Shown one piece after another: positions 40,202-49,913 of a stretch of DNA of 64,000 nucleotides (within the stretch, counting starts at the first letter, position 1; every line of letters starts with the position of its first letter). Under the pieces are notes generated by a model that saw nothing but the letters and a program-made list of their open reading frames with translations, was not told the origin of the DNA and did no database searches. Origin of the DNA: Deltaproteobacteria bacterium. GTDB lineage: Bacteria > Desulfobacterota > Desulfobacteria > Desulfobacterales > C00003060. Position numbers and translations under genes: made by a program. The DNA lies in the NCBI GenBank assembly GCA_003647275.1, contig QMMN01000002.1:21726-85725 (forward strand), in the 5' to 3' direction.

Positions 40202-42403
40202 ATGGAGGGTTATCTTAATACTGTCAAAGAGTTACTCGACAAGCTGGCCCTTGAAGTTGTCATGCTGGAGCCAGATGACGTCCAGGGGTTCGGTGTTGTT
40301 TTGAATCGTCTGGATGAGGTTATCGGGGTGTCCACAGAAGCTGGCGAAGCCTCTTTTGCCAATCTTGGGAGGGCCATAAAGTCGATTGCAGAAAAATTAG
40401 TGTTGGGTGAGGTGTCCGCGCCAGAGGAAGGGATAAAGCAGATTGAGAAGGGCGTATCACTGTTTCAGGAAGTCTTGAGAGATGCTGAAGATGGCAAGTC
40501 CGCTTCTGAGAGGATCGCAAGGTTTTTGGTCGAATGCGGTATTTCAGATACTGATGGGAGCAAGAGTGAGGCAGGTGGTTCCAAAAGTGAAGACGCGGAA
40601 AAAGCAGGCGAGACAATGCCAGACATTGATCAGGACAGGGAACTTGTTGAAAGTTTCATTATAGAGGCCTTGGAACATCTTGGGAACATAGAGGTCAATG
40701 TCCTTGCTCTTGAACAGGATCCAGAAAACCGTGAGGTCATTGATGCGATTTTCAGGCCCTTTCACACGATCAAGGGGGTTTCTGGTTTTCTGAATCTTTC
40801 TGATATCAACCGACTTGCCCATGAGGTGGAAACCCTGTTGAATGGTGCAAGGAATCAAAAGCTGACTGTGGATGAAACATTGACTGACACGGTTTTAGAC
40901 GCGGTTGATTTGATAAAGGCAATGATCAACCACCTCAAGGAAGAGCTTGACACGGGCGTGGTTCAGCCAGCTGATTTTGGGCTGGAAGCTTTTTTGGATC
41001 GATTAAGAAGGTTACAAGCCAGGGAGGTTGAAAAGGTTCAAACCGAAACCGCACATGTTTTAGCAGGGGATGGGGCTGATGCTGGAAAGATTTTGATTGA
41101 AAAGGGGGGGGTGGCGGAGCCAGATGTTGCCAAGACCCTCGAGAAGCAGAAAGAGCTGAGCGGGCCGGGCAAGAAGCTCGGTGAACTTCGGAGGGCTTTA
41201 GGTGTTGCAGAGGTGGGAGTGGAGGCGTCTCGGTTTGTAAAGGTGGATACGCAGAAGCTGGATAACATGGTGGATATGGTGGGAGAATTGGTGATTACCC
41301 AGGCGATGTTGGGCCAGGATATAAGCGGTTTGGCCAGCCAGAACAAGAAACTTTATACCAATCTGGGTCAGCTCAGGCGGATTACCTCTGAGATCCAGAG
41401 GATTTCGATGTCAATGCGCATGATTCCCATCAGACAGACCTTTCAAAAGATGATTCGTCTGGTTCGTGACCTTTCGAGAAAGTCCGGCAAGCAGGTCTCC
41501 CTTGAGATGACCGGCGAGGAGACCGAGATAGACCGCAACATGGTGGATGAGATCTATGATCCCCTGGTGCACATGGTCAGAAATTCTGTTGATCACGGTA
41601 TTGAGAAGCCCAACGTGCGCAAAGCAAAGGGCAAGCCCGAGGTCGGGACATTGAAGCTGAAGGCCTATCATAAGGGAGGGAATATCGTGATTGAAATCTC
41701 GGATGACGGTGGGGGGCTTGACCGGGATAAGATCATTGAAAAGGCTATAGAGCGTAATGTGATTCGATCTGGTGAAAATATGACGGATCAAGAGGTTTAC
41801 AGCCTTATTTTACAGCCCGGTTTTTCAACGGCCGATGTCGTGACCGATGTGTCAGGCCGGGGTGTGGGCATGGATGTGGTCAAGCGAGCCCTTGACAAGA
41901 TGCGCGGGTCACTGGATATCCATTCGGTCAAAGATCAGGGGACAACGATCCTGATGAAACTGCCTCTGACCCTAGCCATTATTGACGGCGTCATGGTCCG
42001 TGCAGGGGACAGAAATTATATCATCCCGACGGTTTCGGTGGTTGAGTCCCTCAGGCCGGATAGGGCGGACTGCACCACTGTGGTCGACAAAGGGGAGATG
42101 GTCAAGATCAGGGAGAATCTTTATCCTTTGATCAGGCTTCATGAGCTTTTTGACTTTGAGCCTGCGTATTATAACCCCTGGGAAGCGATTGTTGTGGTGG
42201 TCGAAAGTGACGGCCGGCGCAAGTGTATCCTGGTGGATGAGCTTGTCGGCAAACAAGAGATTGTGATCAAGAGCCTGGGCGAACAGCTAAAGCGTGTGCA
42301 AGGGATGGCTGGTGGCGCCATCCTGGCTGATGGACGGGTGGGCCTCATCCTGGATGTGCCGGGGTTATTCACCCTGAGTGAGGGTGAGACCAAAGTGAAC
42401 TAA
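40202..42403 (+). CDS. cheA: Chemotaxis histidine kinase CheA
   Basis: HPt domain: IDAIFRPFHTIKGVSGFLNL. Dimerisation and HATPase regions: DPLVHMVRNSVDHGIE, ISDDGGGLD, GRGVGMDVV. C-terminal CheW-like domain. Confidence 0.95.
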   Translation: MEGYLNTVKELLDKLALEVVMLEPDDVQGFGVVLNRLDEVIGVSTEAGEASFANLGRAIKSIAEKLVLGEVSAPEEGIKQIEKGVSLFQEVLRDAEDGKSASERIARFLVECGISDTDGSKSEAGGSKSEDAEKAGETMPDIDQDRELVESFIIEALEHLGNIEVNVLALEQDPENREVIDAIFRPFHTIKGVSGFLNLSDINRLAHEVETLLNGARNQKLTVDETLTDTVLDAVDLIKAMINHLKEELDTGVVQPADFGLEAFLDRLRRLQAREVEKVQTETAHVLAGDGADAGKILIEKGGVAEPDVAKTLEKQKELSGPGKKLGELRRALGVAEVGVEASRFVKVDTQKLDNMVDMVGELVITQAMLGQDISGLASQNKKLYTNLGQLRRITSEIQRISMSMRMIPIRQTFQKMIRLVRDLSRKSGKQVSLEMTGEETEIDRNMVDEIYDPLVHMVRNSVDHGIEKPNVRKAKGKPEVGTLKLKAYHKGGNIVIEISDDGGGLDRDKIIEKAIERNVIRSGENMTDQEVYSLILQPGFSTADVVTDVSGRGVGMDVVKRALDKMRGSLDIHSVKDQGTTILMKLPLTLAIIDGVMVRAGDRNYIIPTVSVVESLRPDRADCTTVVDKGEMVKIRENLYPLIRLHELFDFEPAYYNPWEAIVVVVESDGRRKCILVDELVGKQEIVIKSLGEQLKRVQGMAGGAILADGRVGLILDVPGLFTLSEGETKVN

Positions 42404-42407
42404 TTGT

Positions 42408-43253
42408 TTGAGCACAGATATGCTTTCTACTGAGTTATCAGACCGAGATTTCAGACGGTTCAGTGACCTGGTTTATAAAAGGTGCGGGATCAACCTGCAT
42501 GAGGGCAAAAAGGAACTGGTCCGCGCCCGGCTGGGCAAACGGCTCCGAGAGACAGGTTTTAAAGATTTCAATGCCTACTATAAGTTCTTAACCCAAAAGG
42601 ATAACGGGCATGAACTGGTGAAGATGCTTGATGCGATCTCCACCAACCTGACGAGCTTTTTTCGGGAAGAAAAACACTTTGATTTTCTGAATCAGGTGGT
42701 CTTTCCGTCTTATGTGGCAGGCCGGAATGGGAAACGTCTTCAGAGGCTCCGATTCTGGAGTGCAGGGTGTTCAAGTGGGGAGGAGCCCTATTCTCTGGCC
42801 ATAAGCTTGTTGGAATACTTCGGCGACAGCCCGGGTTTTGATATAAAAATTTTGGGAACCGATATCTCCACGAAGGTCCTGGCGCAGGCCAAAGGAGGGG
42901 TCTATCCGGCAGCCAGGCTTGAAAGGATGCCGTCCTCTGTGGTCAGGAAGTATTTTCAACGGGGTTACGGGCGGCAGGAAGGTTACTTCAGGGTGAAGCT
43001 GTCAGTAAGAGCAATGGTGGAGTTTAGGCGTCTTAATCTGATCGAGCCGTTTCCGTTCAAAGAGGCCTTTAATCTCATACTTTGCCGAAATGTTATGATC
43101 TACTTTGACAAAAGCACACAGCAGACACTGGCGAACAAGTTCTACGACGCGCTAACAGAAGAGGGTTATCTGTTTATCGGACACTCAGAAACCCTGACAG
43201 GGATTAACCATCAGTTCAAGTACATCAGGCCAAGCGTTTATCAAAAGCCATGA
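42408..43253 (+). CDS. cheR: Chemotaxis protein methyltransferase CheR
   Basis: LSDRDFRRFSDLVYKRCGINL, TNLTSFFREEKHFDFL, RFWSAGCSSGEEPYSLAI, ILCRNVMIYFD. The start is either TTG 42408 or ATG 42420. Confidence 0.9.
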   Translation: MSTDMLSTELSDRDFRRFSDLVYKRCGINLHEGKKELVRARLGKRLRETGFKDFNAYYKFLTQKDNGHELVKMLDAISTNLTSFFREEKHFDFLNQVVFPSYVAGRNGKRLQRLRFWSAGCSSGEEPYSLAISLLEYFGDSPGFDIKILGTDISTKVLAQAKGGVYPAARLERMPSSVVRKYFQRGYGRQEGYFRVKLSVRAMVEFRRLNLIEPFPFKEAFNLILCRNVMIYFDKSTQQTLANKFYDALTEEGYLFIGHSETLTGINHQFKYIRPSVYQKP

Positions 43254-43298
43254 AAAGAGAAAAGATACGCATTGCCAATATGGCTCCTGATATGCCAG

Positions 43299-43314
43299 TG
43301 GCACGAAGCCGGCA
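43299..43314 (+). promoter_or_regulatory. Sigma-54 promoter candidate upstream of cheX-cheY
   Basis: TGGCACGAAGCCGGCA has a perfect -24 element (TGGCACG) and GC at 43312-43313 at the correct spacing. It lies about 115 bp upstream of cheX. Confidence 0.5.
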
Positions 43315-43428
43315 GGTTGGTTTAGAATTCTTTATAGATAGCTTCAAGCGCGCAGGGGGGTTGGCGGTTGATTTGACTTTGTACCGTGAAGGTGGTAAAA
43401 AAAAATATCAGGTCGATGGAGGGTGAAC

Positions 43429-43890
43429 ATGGATGTAAAATATATTAATCCTTTTATTAATGCGACGATCAATGTGCTGGAGACGATGGCATTTACCAAG
43501 GCCGAGGCCGGAAAGCCATACCTAAAGAAAGATCAAGTTGCCCAGGGTGATGTTACAGGGGTGATTGGCTTGATAGGGGGTGTCAGCGGAACGATTTCGG
43601 TCAGCTTTACCGAAAAGAGCATCCTGTCCATTGTCTCCAATATGTTTGGCGAGGAGATGAAGGAACTGAACGAAGAGATAAAGGATGCCGTTGGTGAGAT
43701 TACCAACATGATCTCTGGGCAGGCAAGGCAGGAATTGGAAGGGATGGGCATATCGTTAAAGGCGGCAATCCCTTCGGTGATCGTCGGCAAGAATCATTCT
43801 ATAAACCACATTACCAAACACCCCATAATCGCCATCCCATTTAATACCGCTAACGGGGGGTTTACGATTGAGGTGTGTTTTGAAAAGTGA
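43429..43890 (+). CDS. cheX: CheX-type CheY-P phosphatase (CheC/CheX/FliY family)
   Basis: MDVKYINPFINATINVLETM.., GDVTGVIGLIGGVSGTISVSF, DAVGEITNMISGQAR. RBS GGAGGG precedes ATG 43429. Confidence 0.8.
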   Translation: MDVKYINPFINATINVLETMAFTKAEAGKPYLKKDQVAQGDVTGVIGLIGGVSGTISVSFTEKSILSIVSNMFGEEMKELNEEIKDAVGEITNMISGQARQELEGMGISLKAAIPSVIVGKNHSINHITKHPIIAIPFNTANGGFTIEVCFEK

Positions 43891-43918
43891 TGGAATCCTG
43901 CCTAAGGAGGTCTGAAAG

Positions 43919-44296
43919 ATGGATTTAAGCATGAAAATATTGGTGGTCGATGATTTTGCCACCATGCGACGTATTGTGAAAAATGTCCTCAGGCAGATCG
44001 GTTTTACGAATATCGTAGAGGCTGACGATGGGTCAACTGCCCTGGGGGTGCTTAAGAAGGACAAGATTGACCTGATTATATCTGATTGGAATATGCCCAA
44101 GGTAAATGGGCTGGAGCTATTGAAAGCCGTTAGAGGCGATGAATCAACGAAAAATTTGCCATTTATCATGGTCACAGCAGAGGCCCAAAAAGATAGTGTG
44201 GTACAGGCGGTTCAAGCTGGTGTAAGCAACTACGTTGTAAAACCGTTCACAGCAGAGGCCTTGAAGGAAAAATTAGAAAAGGTATTCAGTAAATAG
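43919..44296 (+). CDS. cheY: Chemotaxis response regulator CheY
   Basis: KILVVDDFATMRRIVKNVLRQIGF..DLIISDWNMPKVNGLELLK..PFIMVTAEA..NYVVKPF. RBS AAGGAGG. Confidence 0.9.
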   Translation: MDLSMKILVVDDFATMRRIVKNVLRQIGFTNIVEADDGSTALGVLKKDKIDLIISDWNMPKVNGLELLKAVRGDESTKNLPFIMVTAEAQKDSVVQAVQAGVSNYVVKPFTAEALKEKLEKVFSK

Positions 44297-44415
44297 GTTA
44301 AGAAATTGGCCCAATGGACCGACAAGATATATATAAACTTTCGCAGGGGTAAAATTTGGTTAGAACTTCATGCGCTTTGCTTTTAACTCTGGATCTATAA
44401 AGGGGGTATGTTCAA

Positions 44416-44871
44416 ATGAATATCAATGAAGTCAATGGGTATACCCACACGAAGCAGCCCTCCTCAGATCGAAAGGCGGGGGGTGACAAGAAATTTGACC
44501 GGATTTTGAATGATGCCATGGATAGCGTTGTCCATGAAGAACGTGCCGGAGACGACCTCTTCCCGGTAAAAGGGGTGGATGCCCCTGTCTTATGGGACCG
44601 CGGACACGTGGACCATTCCATTTTGTTGCAACACGCTTATCATATGCTGGATTTGCTGGAAGAGTACTCAGAGGCCTTAAATAACCCCCACATGACCTTA
44701 AAGCGGATTGAGCCGATTGTGGCCCGAATAGCGCAGGGGCTCAAAGGCTTGGACATGCAATCTATGGACAATGTCGCTCAAGATGATGAGCTTGCAGGCA
44801 TTATCAATGATATAGCCGTCACAGCCAGAGTGGAGGCCTTTAAGTTCCAGCGTGGCGACTATGTTGCATAA
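44416..44871 (+). CDS. Hypothetical protein (151 aa), no recognisable motif
   Basis: The ORF has a good RBS (AAGGGGG) and sits directly after cheY. The composition looks like a real protein, but I recognise no family. Confidence 0.5.
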   Translation: MNINEVNGYTHTKQPSSDRKAGGDKKFDRILNDAMDSVVHEERAGDDLFPVKGVDAPVLWDRGHVDHSILLQHAYHMLDLLEEYSEALNNPHMTLKRIEPIVARIAQGLKGLDMQSMDNVAQDDELAGIINDIAVTARVEAFKFQRGDYVA

Positions 44872-45429
44872 TCTCGAAGGAAAATTAATACACCTTTCCC
44901 CTTAAGGAACTTGTTGTCCAGAAAGGTGTGCTGGTAGCTCGAAAGCTGTCAGAGGGGATTTTTGGGTAGGTCACGGAGATTCCCCCGACAGGCTCGATAA
45001 AGGCGCAGAATTTTCCACACCGACTTATCCCCAAAAAAGATGTCCCTTCGCAGTTCAAAGATGAATGTGCACCTCTTTGGTCAACATCCCGTCAAGCATT
45101 AACCTGGTTGATTTAAGATCTTATTCGGTGCCCAATGAACTCGGGCAAAATCTATGAATCAATTGAGCCGAAATTCAGCGCACAAAAATTTTGCTTGCCT
45201 GTTGATAATCCACTTGAATTATGATAGATTAAATTCATAAACGGGTTAGGCTTTTAGCCTGCGACCATGGGTGAGCTGGACCGGGTTCGTTATTCGGAAA
45301 TCATGATCCGATGACACATTTGCAGTTCACGATTTAGCGCAACCCTGCGCAAAAAATGCACTCCGTGTCCAACTTCAGATTCACGGACCCAAAAGGGCCA
45401 AACGATCTCAACGTGTCAAAACGACGATT

Positions 45430-46827
45430 ATGATAGCACCGATGCAAAAGATTCTGATTGTGGATGATGATCCTGAGATTCTGGAGGTGATCGCAGATAT
45501 ATTAAGAGAGAAAGGCTATGATGTAGGCACGGCCGAAGACGGGGCAAAGGCCATTAAATGTATTGATGCTGAGTTTTACGATCTGGTTATTACCGATCTT
45601 AAAATGCCTGAGATTGATGGGATGATGCTCCTAAGACATGTTGTTGATCAATCGCCTGACACGGTGTGCATCATCTTAACCGGTTATGGCACCATTGAGA
45701 GCGCTGTTGAAGCCATCAAGACAGGGGCCTTTCATTATATTACCAAACCCATCAAGTCGGGTGAGATGTTGATGGTTGTGGAAACGGCTTTAAGATACAA
45801 ACATCTGGAGAGAGAGAATATCCTTTTAAGGCGGCAGCTTAGGAAAAAGTATCGATTTGAAAACTTTGTTGGTGACAGCAGGCCAATTCAAAAAGTGTTT
45901 GAACTCATAGAAAAGGTTGCGGATACAGACAGCACCGTACTGATCACAGGGGAAAGTGGTACGGGAAAGGAGTTAATAGCCAAGGCAATCCATTATAACA
46001 GCGACCGAAGAGACAAACCCATGGTTGTTATTAACTGTGGGGCAATCCCTGAGGAACTCTTGGAAAGCGAGCTGTTCGGGCATGAAAAAGGGGCCTTCAC
46101 TGGCGCGCACAAGACTCGCATTGGCCGTTTTGAACTCGCCAATGAAGGGACGATTTTCTTAGATGAAATCGGGGATATGAGTCCCAACCTCCAAGTGAAA
46201 CTGCTACGGGTCCTTCAGGAACAGAAGTTTGAGCGGGTTGGAAGTACAAGAACCATCAAGGTAGATATACGCATTATTGCTGCGACGAATCAGAATTTGG
46301 TTAATGCGGTCAACAAAAACACGTTCAGAGAAGACCTTTATTATCGACTCAATGTTATTCCAATAAAGGTTCCTCCTTTAAGGCACAGAAAATCGGATAT
46401 TCCTTTGCTTGTGGATTTTTTTGTCAAGAAATTTAACAAGGAAAAGCGAAAACATGTGAAGGAATTTACAGCAGAAGCGATGGATCTCTTGCTCCAGTAT
46501 GATTGGCCCGGAAATGTGCGCGAGCTTGAGAACCTGGTAGAAAGGGTTATCATCCTTGCAAATAGTGATCAGATCGGGTTGGATGACGTCCCTGATTCGA
46601 TTAAAGGCCGAGTTGAAAAGATAGGGTCTCCCGAACCCACCATCCCCAAGGGCGGGATTCCCTTTGATCATGCTGTCGAGGAATACGAGAAAAAGTTGAT
46701 TCTGCAAGCCCTGAATGAGACGAACTGGGTGAAAACAAAAGCGGCAAAACTGCTTAATATGAATCGAACAACCCTCATCGAAAAGATGAAGAAGAAAAAA
46801 CTATACAGACCCGCTGCTAGTTCATGA
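45430..46827 (+). CDS. Sigma-54-dependent response regulator (NtrC family; FlrC/FleR/AtoC-like)
   Basis: REC domain: ILIVDDDPEILEVI..DLVITDLKMPEIDG. AAA+ domain: GESGTGKELIA, ESELFGHEKGAFTGA (GAFTGA loop), IFLDEIG. Fis-type HTH: NRTTLIEKMKK. Confidence 0.9.
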   Translation: MIAPMQKILIVDDDPEILEVIADILREKGYDVGTAEDGAKAIKCIDAEFYDLVITDLKMPEIDGMMLLRHVVDQSPDTVCIILTGYGTIESAVEAIKTGAFHYITKPIKSGEMLMVVETALRYKHLERENILLRRQLRKKYRFENFVGDSRPIQKVFELIEKVADTDSTVLITGESGTGKELIAKAIHYNSDRRDKPMVVINCGAIPEELLESELFGHEKGAFTGAHKTRIGRFELANEGTIFLDEIGDMSPNLQVKLLRVLQEQKFERVGSTRTIKVDIRIIAATNQNLVNAVNKNTFREDLYYRLNVIPIKVPPLRHRKSDIPLLVDFFVKKFNKEKRKHVKEFTAEAMDLLLQYDWPGNVRELENLVERVIILANSDQIGLDDVPDSIKGRVEKIGSPEPTIPKGGIPFDHAVEEYEKKLILQALNETNWVKTKAAKLLNMNRTTLIEKMKKKKLYRPAASS

Positions 46828-47097
46828 GCCACGTCCTCAAAGCCCTCCATAGTGATTCATAGCATCATCATCGTCAAAAACCTGACAGGTCTCTTTTTAA
46901 TTAGTGCCTGTTGATAGTTGTCAGTTGTCCATTGCCAAAACCGTAAAACCAGTTGATTGAACTAGATCGCAAAAAGAGATTCAGGCGTTCTCATATCTCA
47001 CCTAACTATTTGAAAATATAGATACAACTGGCTACTGACAACGGACTGCTGACATTACCCCTCTTTCCCAACCTCCCAATATTCACAAGCATTTCCT

Positions 47098-47113
47098 TGG
47101 CACAGTAATTGCT
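47098..47113 (+). promoter_or_regulatory. Sigma-54 promoter candidate (best match in the window)
   Basis: TGGCACAGTAATTGCT has GG at 47099-47100 and GC at 47111-47112. It lies about 245 bp upstream of ATG 47357. A small hairpin with a T-run follows (ggcag-gtgtt-ctgcc-cctttttg). Confidence 0.65.
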
Positions 47114-47201
47114 GAATACCCTGTCAGGCAGGTGTTCTGCCCCTTTTTGATCTCTTACTCTGCACTTCTGCGACCTAAGCAGGAGACTGGCAGGCTTCTC
47201 C

Positions 47202-47358
47202 ACAGGCTGTTGCCCAAACAGCCGTGCACGTGGCATGAGGAAAGCAAACACCAAAAGAGGGCTGAAACTTGAAAATGCACAGCGAATGCTAACCCTGCAG
47301 CTTGCTGCGGGAAGCTTTAATTCTCGTGATTTGGGCAAATAGTCTGTCAAGATCTGAT
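47202..47358 (+). repeat. Dispersed intergenic repeat, family 2, copy B (with an internal insertion of about 45 nt)
   Basis: acaggctgttgcccaaacagccgtgcacgtggcatgaggaaagcaaacaccaaaagagggctgaaacttga...tcgtgatttgggcaaatagtctgtcaagatctgat. It carries TGGCATGAGGAAAGCA, with GG/GC at sigma-54 spacing. Its 3' end abuts the ATG of the TPR gene. Confidence 0.8.
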
Positions 47359-49876
47359 GTTCGTGAATTTTTCGTATAAAAAAGCCGTCCTCATAGCATG
47401 GTTAACCTTTGCCTTGAATCTTGTTGTGGTCCAGTACGCGGATTCAAAGGGCCGTGCCGTGATTCATCAAGTGTTGAGGGAATCTAAGGAGGATGGCTCC
47501 AGCATCATTATCAAACTAAGTGGTAATCCCCGCTACAAAGTGATCGGGATAGAGAAAAGGGAGATCTTGATTGCACTAAAAGATACTGAGCTTTCCAAGG
47601 GGCTTTCCAATAAGCAAATCGCAGGTGATGGGCTGATACAGCATATAGAGATCAACAAGAAGCCGCACAATGTGAGCTGCTTGCTTGTTAAGCTCCGAAA
47701 ACCATATATCAGGATTGATCACCAGATAGAGACCGGTAAGGGTAGACTGTGGATTCGAATCACGGATAAAACAGGCGTGTCCACAGGGACATCCACAACA
47801 GCTTCTTTTAACAAAGCTTCAAAACCAGGTGTATCAGATTCCCCTCTTTTACCTACGGAGATGGAAGCCCCTGTGGCCCTGAGTAGGTCGGGGGGTATCG
47901 ATGAACTGCTGAATCCAGGCACCAAGGATGCCACACCAGACACAGATCTTTTCCTGCGGGCTGTAGAGCACTTTCAGGAAGGCAGATGGGATGATGCGAT
48001 TCAAATTTTTAGAAAGATCATGAAAGCCTATCCTGGCAGTCCCCATTTAGAACGGGCCTATTTCCTGCTGGCAAAAAGTTATGATCATAAATTCAAAAAG
48101 AATATTTCAGATCATTTTATGGAGGTCATAATACACTACCGTGAGGCTGTAAGTAAATTTCCCAATTCTGTTTTTGTGCCTGATGCCATGGTATCCATGG
48201 GGAACTGTTACTTTAAAGCAAAAAATTACTATGAGGCCCTGGCCCATTACAACCTTGTCTACAAAAATTATAAGACCCATGCAGTGGCCCCCGAAGCCCT
48301 ATTTCAGCGAGGAAAGATCCTTGCCTTAACCAAAAAACCACAAGAGGCAATTAAGAGCTTTGAGCAGCTTGAATCACGCTATCCTGAAACGCCATTTGCC
48401 AGAACCGCAAAGGTCGAAAGGGCCAAGGCGCTCTTTGACATGAACGCCTTTAAACGTTCCCTGAGGCTGCTTGATGAAGTCATAACCGTAGAACCGGACA
48501 AAGTTTATGAAGATCCAGATATTCTTCTCTATTTTGGTTATAACTACTATGAGCTTGGAAGATTAAAAGAAGCAAGGGATCTCTTGTGTAAAACCTTGAA
48601 CTGTTATCCCGATATAGAATCAAGCCATTTGGTCTTGACAAGGATTGCCGACACCTACCGAGAGGAGGGGATGGAAGCTAAGGCATTAAAATTGTACAAC
48701 ATGGTATTAAGGAGATACCCTGATAGCGAAGGGGGGCTGATTAGCCTGCTTCGCCTTTCTGTAAATAGCGAAGGGGTTGCATCTGAAAAGCAGCTTCTCG
48801 CGGGGCCAGTTGAAGAAATAACCTACAATAGGCCTACGGATGAGACCTACAAAGAGATCATGAAGTCGCATGGAGACCATCCCCTATCCCAGCTTGCCGG
48901 GCTGAGGCTTGCACACGAGCAACTGAAACACAAAGATTATGAAGGGAGTATCCAAACCCTTAGAGGTATCCTGTCTAAACATCCTGATACCCCTTTGTCG
49001 GAGGACATCAAGTCTGCCCTTCGAACATCAATGGAAGCCATTTTTAAAAGGGAGCAGCAAGCAGGAAATTATGAGAATATCCTAAATTACTATGAACAGA
49101 TGAAGGATCTATTGAGCATTGAAGATGCGCCGAATCTCCTTTTGATACTCGGTGATACTTACAGAAGGCTTCATCTGTACGATCGTGCTATCTCCATGTT
49201 TGAAAAAGCCAAAAGTTCGTACACAGATCAAGATCAACCTGGCACGCTGCTGTTCGGTTTGGGGGAATCTTTTTATAAGGTAAAAAGGTTTGAAGAAGCC
49301 CAACAGCCGCTTGAGGTCTTTGTTGCAAGATATCCTGAGGACAAACGGTCAGCCCGGGCCTATTTCTTCATAGGGGATATGATGCTTAGGCAAAAAAAGT
49401 ATGACAAAGCAATGGCGGCCTTTAATCTGGCCAGGCAGAAAACCACTGAGAAAGATATTAAAATCCGCATACTTATGGGCATGGCCGAAGCATTAAGCGG
49501 TGGGGGAGATTATGATAAGGCATCCAGTGTGTTGAACAAAGCCATCGCGTTGCTGAGTCAGAACAAGCGTGATTCGTTGATAGACATCTACGATGCCTAT
49601 CAGAGGCTGGGTGAGACGTATCTTAAACTTGGAGACAATGAACAGGCTGCATCGGCGTTTGAGATGGCCCTTAAGGTTAGCCCCAAGGGCCGGAACGACC
49701 ACCGCCTGCAATTCAGGCTTGCGGAATGTTATCAAAAGCTCCAGGCAAGAGATAAGGCGGAGCGAATATTAAATCAGATTATCGTTGCTGGTGACCCATT
49801 CTGGAGCAGGATGGCCGAGGCAAAGATCAATGAGATTCGCATAGAAAAAACCGTTGAAGGGCTGGGTCATACTTGA
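47357..49876 (+). CDS. Secreted TPR-repeat protein with an AMIN-like N-terminal beta domain (tentative)
   Basis: Signal-peptide-like N-terminus: KKAVLIAWLTFALNLVVVQYADS. AMIN-like segment: SSIIIKLSGNPRYKVIGIEKREILIALKDTEL. More than 10 TPR or YbgF-like repeats follow. No obvious RBS, so the start is uncertain. Confidence 0.7.
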   Translation: MFVNFSYKKAVLIAWLTFALNLVVVQYADSKGRAVIHQVLRESKEDGSSIIIKLSGNPRYKVIGIEKREILIALKDTELSKGLSNKQIAGDGLIQHIEINKKPHNVSCLLVKLRKPYIRIDHQIETGKGRLWIRITDKTGVSTGTSTTASFNKASKPGVSDSPLLPTEMEAPVALSRSGGIDELLNPGTKDATPDTDLFLRAVEHFQEGRWDDAIQIFRKIMKAYPGSPHLERAYFLLAKSYDHKFKKNISDHFMEVIIHYREAVSKFPNSVFVPDAMVSMGNCYFKAKNYYEALAHYNLVYKNYKTHAVAPEALFQRGKILALTKKPQEAIKSFEQLESRYPETPFARTAKVERAKALFDMNAFKRSLRLLDEVITVEPDKVYEDPDILLYFGYNYYELGRLKEARDLLCKTLNCYPDIESSHLVLTRIADTYREEGMEAKALKLYNMVLRRYPDSEGGLISLLRLSVNSEGVASEKQLLAGPVEEITYNRPTDETYKEIMKSHGDHPLSQLAGLRLAHEQLKHKDYEGSIQTLRGILSKHPDTPLSEDIKSALRTSMEAIFKREQQAGNYENILNYYEQMKDLLSIEDAPNLLLILGDTYRRLHLYDRAISMFEKAKSSYTDQDQPGTLLFGLGESFYKVKRFEEAQQPLEVFVARYPEDKRSARAYFFIGDMMLRQKKYDKAMAAFNLARQKTTEKDIKIRILMGMAEALSGGGDYDKASSVLNKAIALLSQNKRDSLIDIYDAYQRLGETYLKLGDNEQAASAFEMALKVSPKGRNDHRLQFRLAECYQKLQARDKAERILNQIIVAGDPFWSRMAEAKINEIRIEKTVEGLGHT

Positions 49877-49913
49877 AACACATCACAGGCCCAAATCCAG
49901 ACCGAGGATCTCT

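Noticed and set aside
47127-47149. The hairpin plus T-run (ggcag-gtgtt-ctgcc-cctttttg) right after the sigma-54 promoter at 47098, considered as a terminator defining a tiny sRNA.
   Set aside because: It would give a transcript of only about 25 nt from the predicted start, and the 5-bp stem is weak. It is more plausibly a 5'-end stem of the leader. It is mentioned only as context.
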